A stretch of 64,000 bases of DNA from Candidatus Omnitrophota bacterium (lineage in GTDB: Bacteria; Omnitrophota; Gorgyraeia; Gygaellales; Profunditerraquicolaceae): contig JBAZTA010000001.1 in the NCBI GenBank assembly GCA_041662125.1, positions 259,118 to 323,117 on the forward strand. The letters run 5' to 3'. Shown here in pieces: positions 61,920 to 64,000 of this stretch. Within the stretch, counting starts at the first letter, position 1; each line of letters starts with the position of its first letter. Made by a program: the position numbers and the translations under genes. The notes under the pieces are model-generated. The model ran no database searches, was not told the DNA's origin, and worked only from the letters and a program-made list of their open reading frames with translations.

Positions 61920-62179
61920 GAATTTAAGTGTAATCAATAATTGCGTAATGCCCTGATTCATTACACCCGCCTGCCAATAGGCAGACCTTACACAATAAAT
62001 TAGAAGCCCTCTCACTCGAGATGATTATCGTCTGAGAGACGACTCCCTTTAAAATTTAATTGAATAACCAAGCTTCTCGCTCGATGGCGAGAAACTATAT
62101 CCACACATCCTTCTGACATCGGTAAAGATATCAGGCTGCCTTGAATATAGGATTTCCAATCTTCTTCGTGAAAGAAAAT

Positions 62180-63773
<1,594 letters not shown>

Positions 63774-64000
63774 TAAATCTAGAAAATTTGCATAAAGGCT
63801 CTTTGATTATTTTTTATTAACCTCAAAAAATTGACCTGCTCAAATCTGTAAAAGATTCAAGCTGGCCTCGCTTGGCTATTCAATTATCAAAGAACAAGAC
63901 AATTCTTGAAATTCTTAAAATTTATTGTTATGGGTTAAAACGCGAAAAGATTGTGCTTTCGTGCGGTGAAAAGAAAAGCGCCCCGACAAATCCTGGGACG

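Overview
The window is a 64 kb bacterial chromosomal segment from an uncultured-looking lineage. I could not assign a phylum by eye. Nearly all genes from 148 to about 49.4 kb are on the minus strand. Housekeeping content is syntenic and well supported. It comprises recA-htrA-recX, smc, an electron-bifurcating-type acd/PilZ/etfBA operon, glgC, truA, asd, leuCDB, the yceD-rpmF-plsX-fabHDG-acpP-fabF cluster, coaD, rsmD, recG, dusB, pgi and slyD, plus a complete rRNA operon (16S, tRNA-Ile, tRNA-Ala, 23S, 5S) on the minus strand at the 3' end of the window. Seven things stand out. (1) An 8.4 kb single ORF at 36925..45300 (2791 aa) carries a Sec-type signal peptide and four intact-looking sugar-phosphate enzyme domains in one chain, in the order class II FBP aldolase, triosephosphate isomerase, a degenerate TPI-like copy, glucose-6-phosphate isomerase, then phosphoglucomutase. 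A canonical pgi sits two genes away. (2) Two copies of a roughly 240 nt structured RNA-like element lie at 36345..36587 (minus strand) and 57639..57872 (plus strand). Their closing helix and three internal hairpins covary, and two of the hairpins carry GNRA tetraloops. (3) A roughly 413 nt group-I-like intron interrupts the 23S rRNA at the peptidyl-transferase-centre site equivalent to E. coli L2500. (4) c-di-GMP signalling genes are unusually dense. There are five single-domain PilZ genes, a PilZ-methyltransferase fusion co-operonic with an Xis-type HTH gene and a REC gene, and a GAF-GGDEF cyclase. (5) A low-GC island at 17.3..20.3 kb holds an IS1-family transposase interrupted by an in-frame TAG and a P63C-like phage protein. 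(6) A REP-like hairpin repeat family and a pair of tandem structured modules sit in the leader of the acd/etf operon. (7) A block of secreted proteins lies at 49.5..57.4 kb. No CRISPR array was found.
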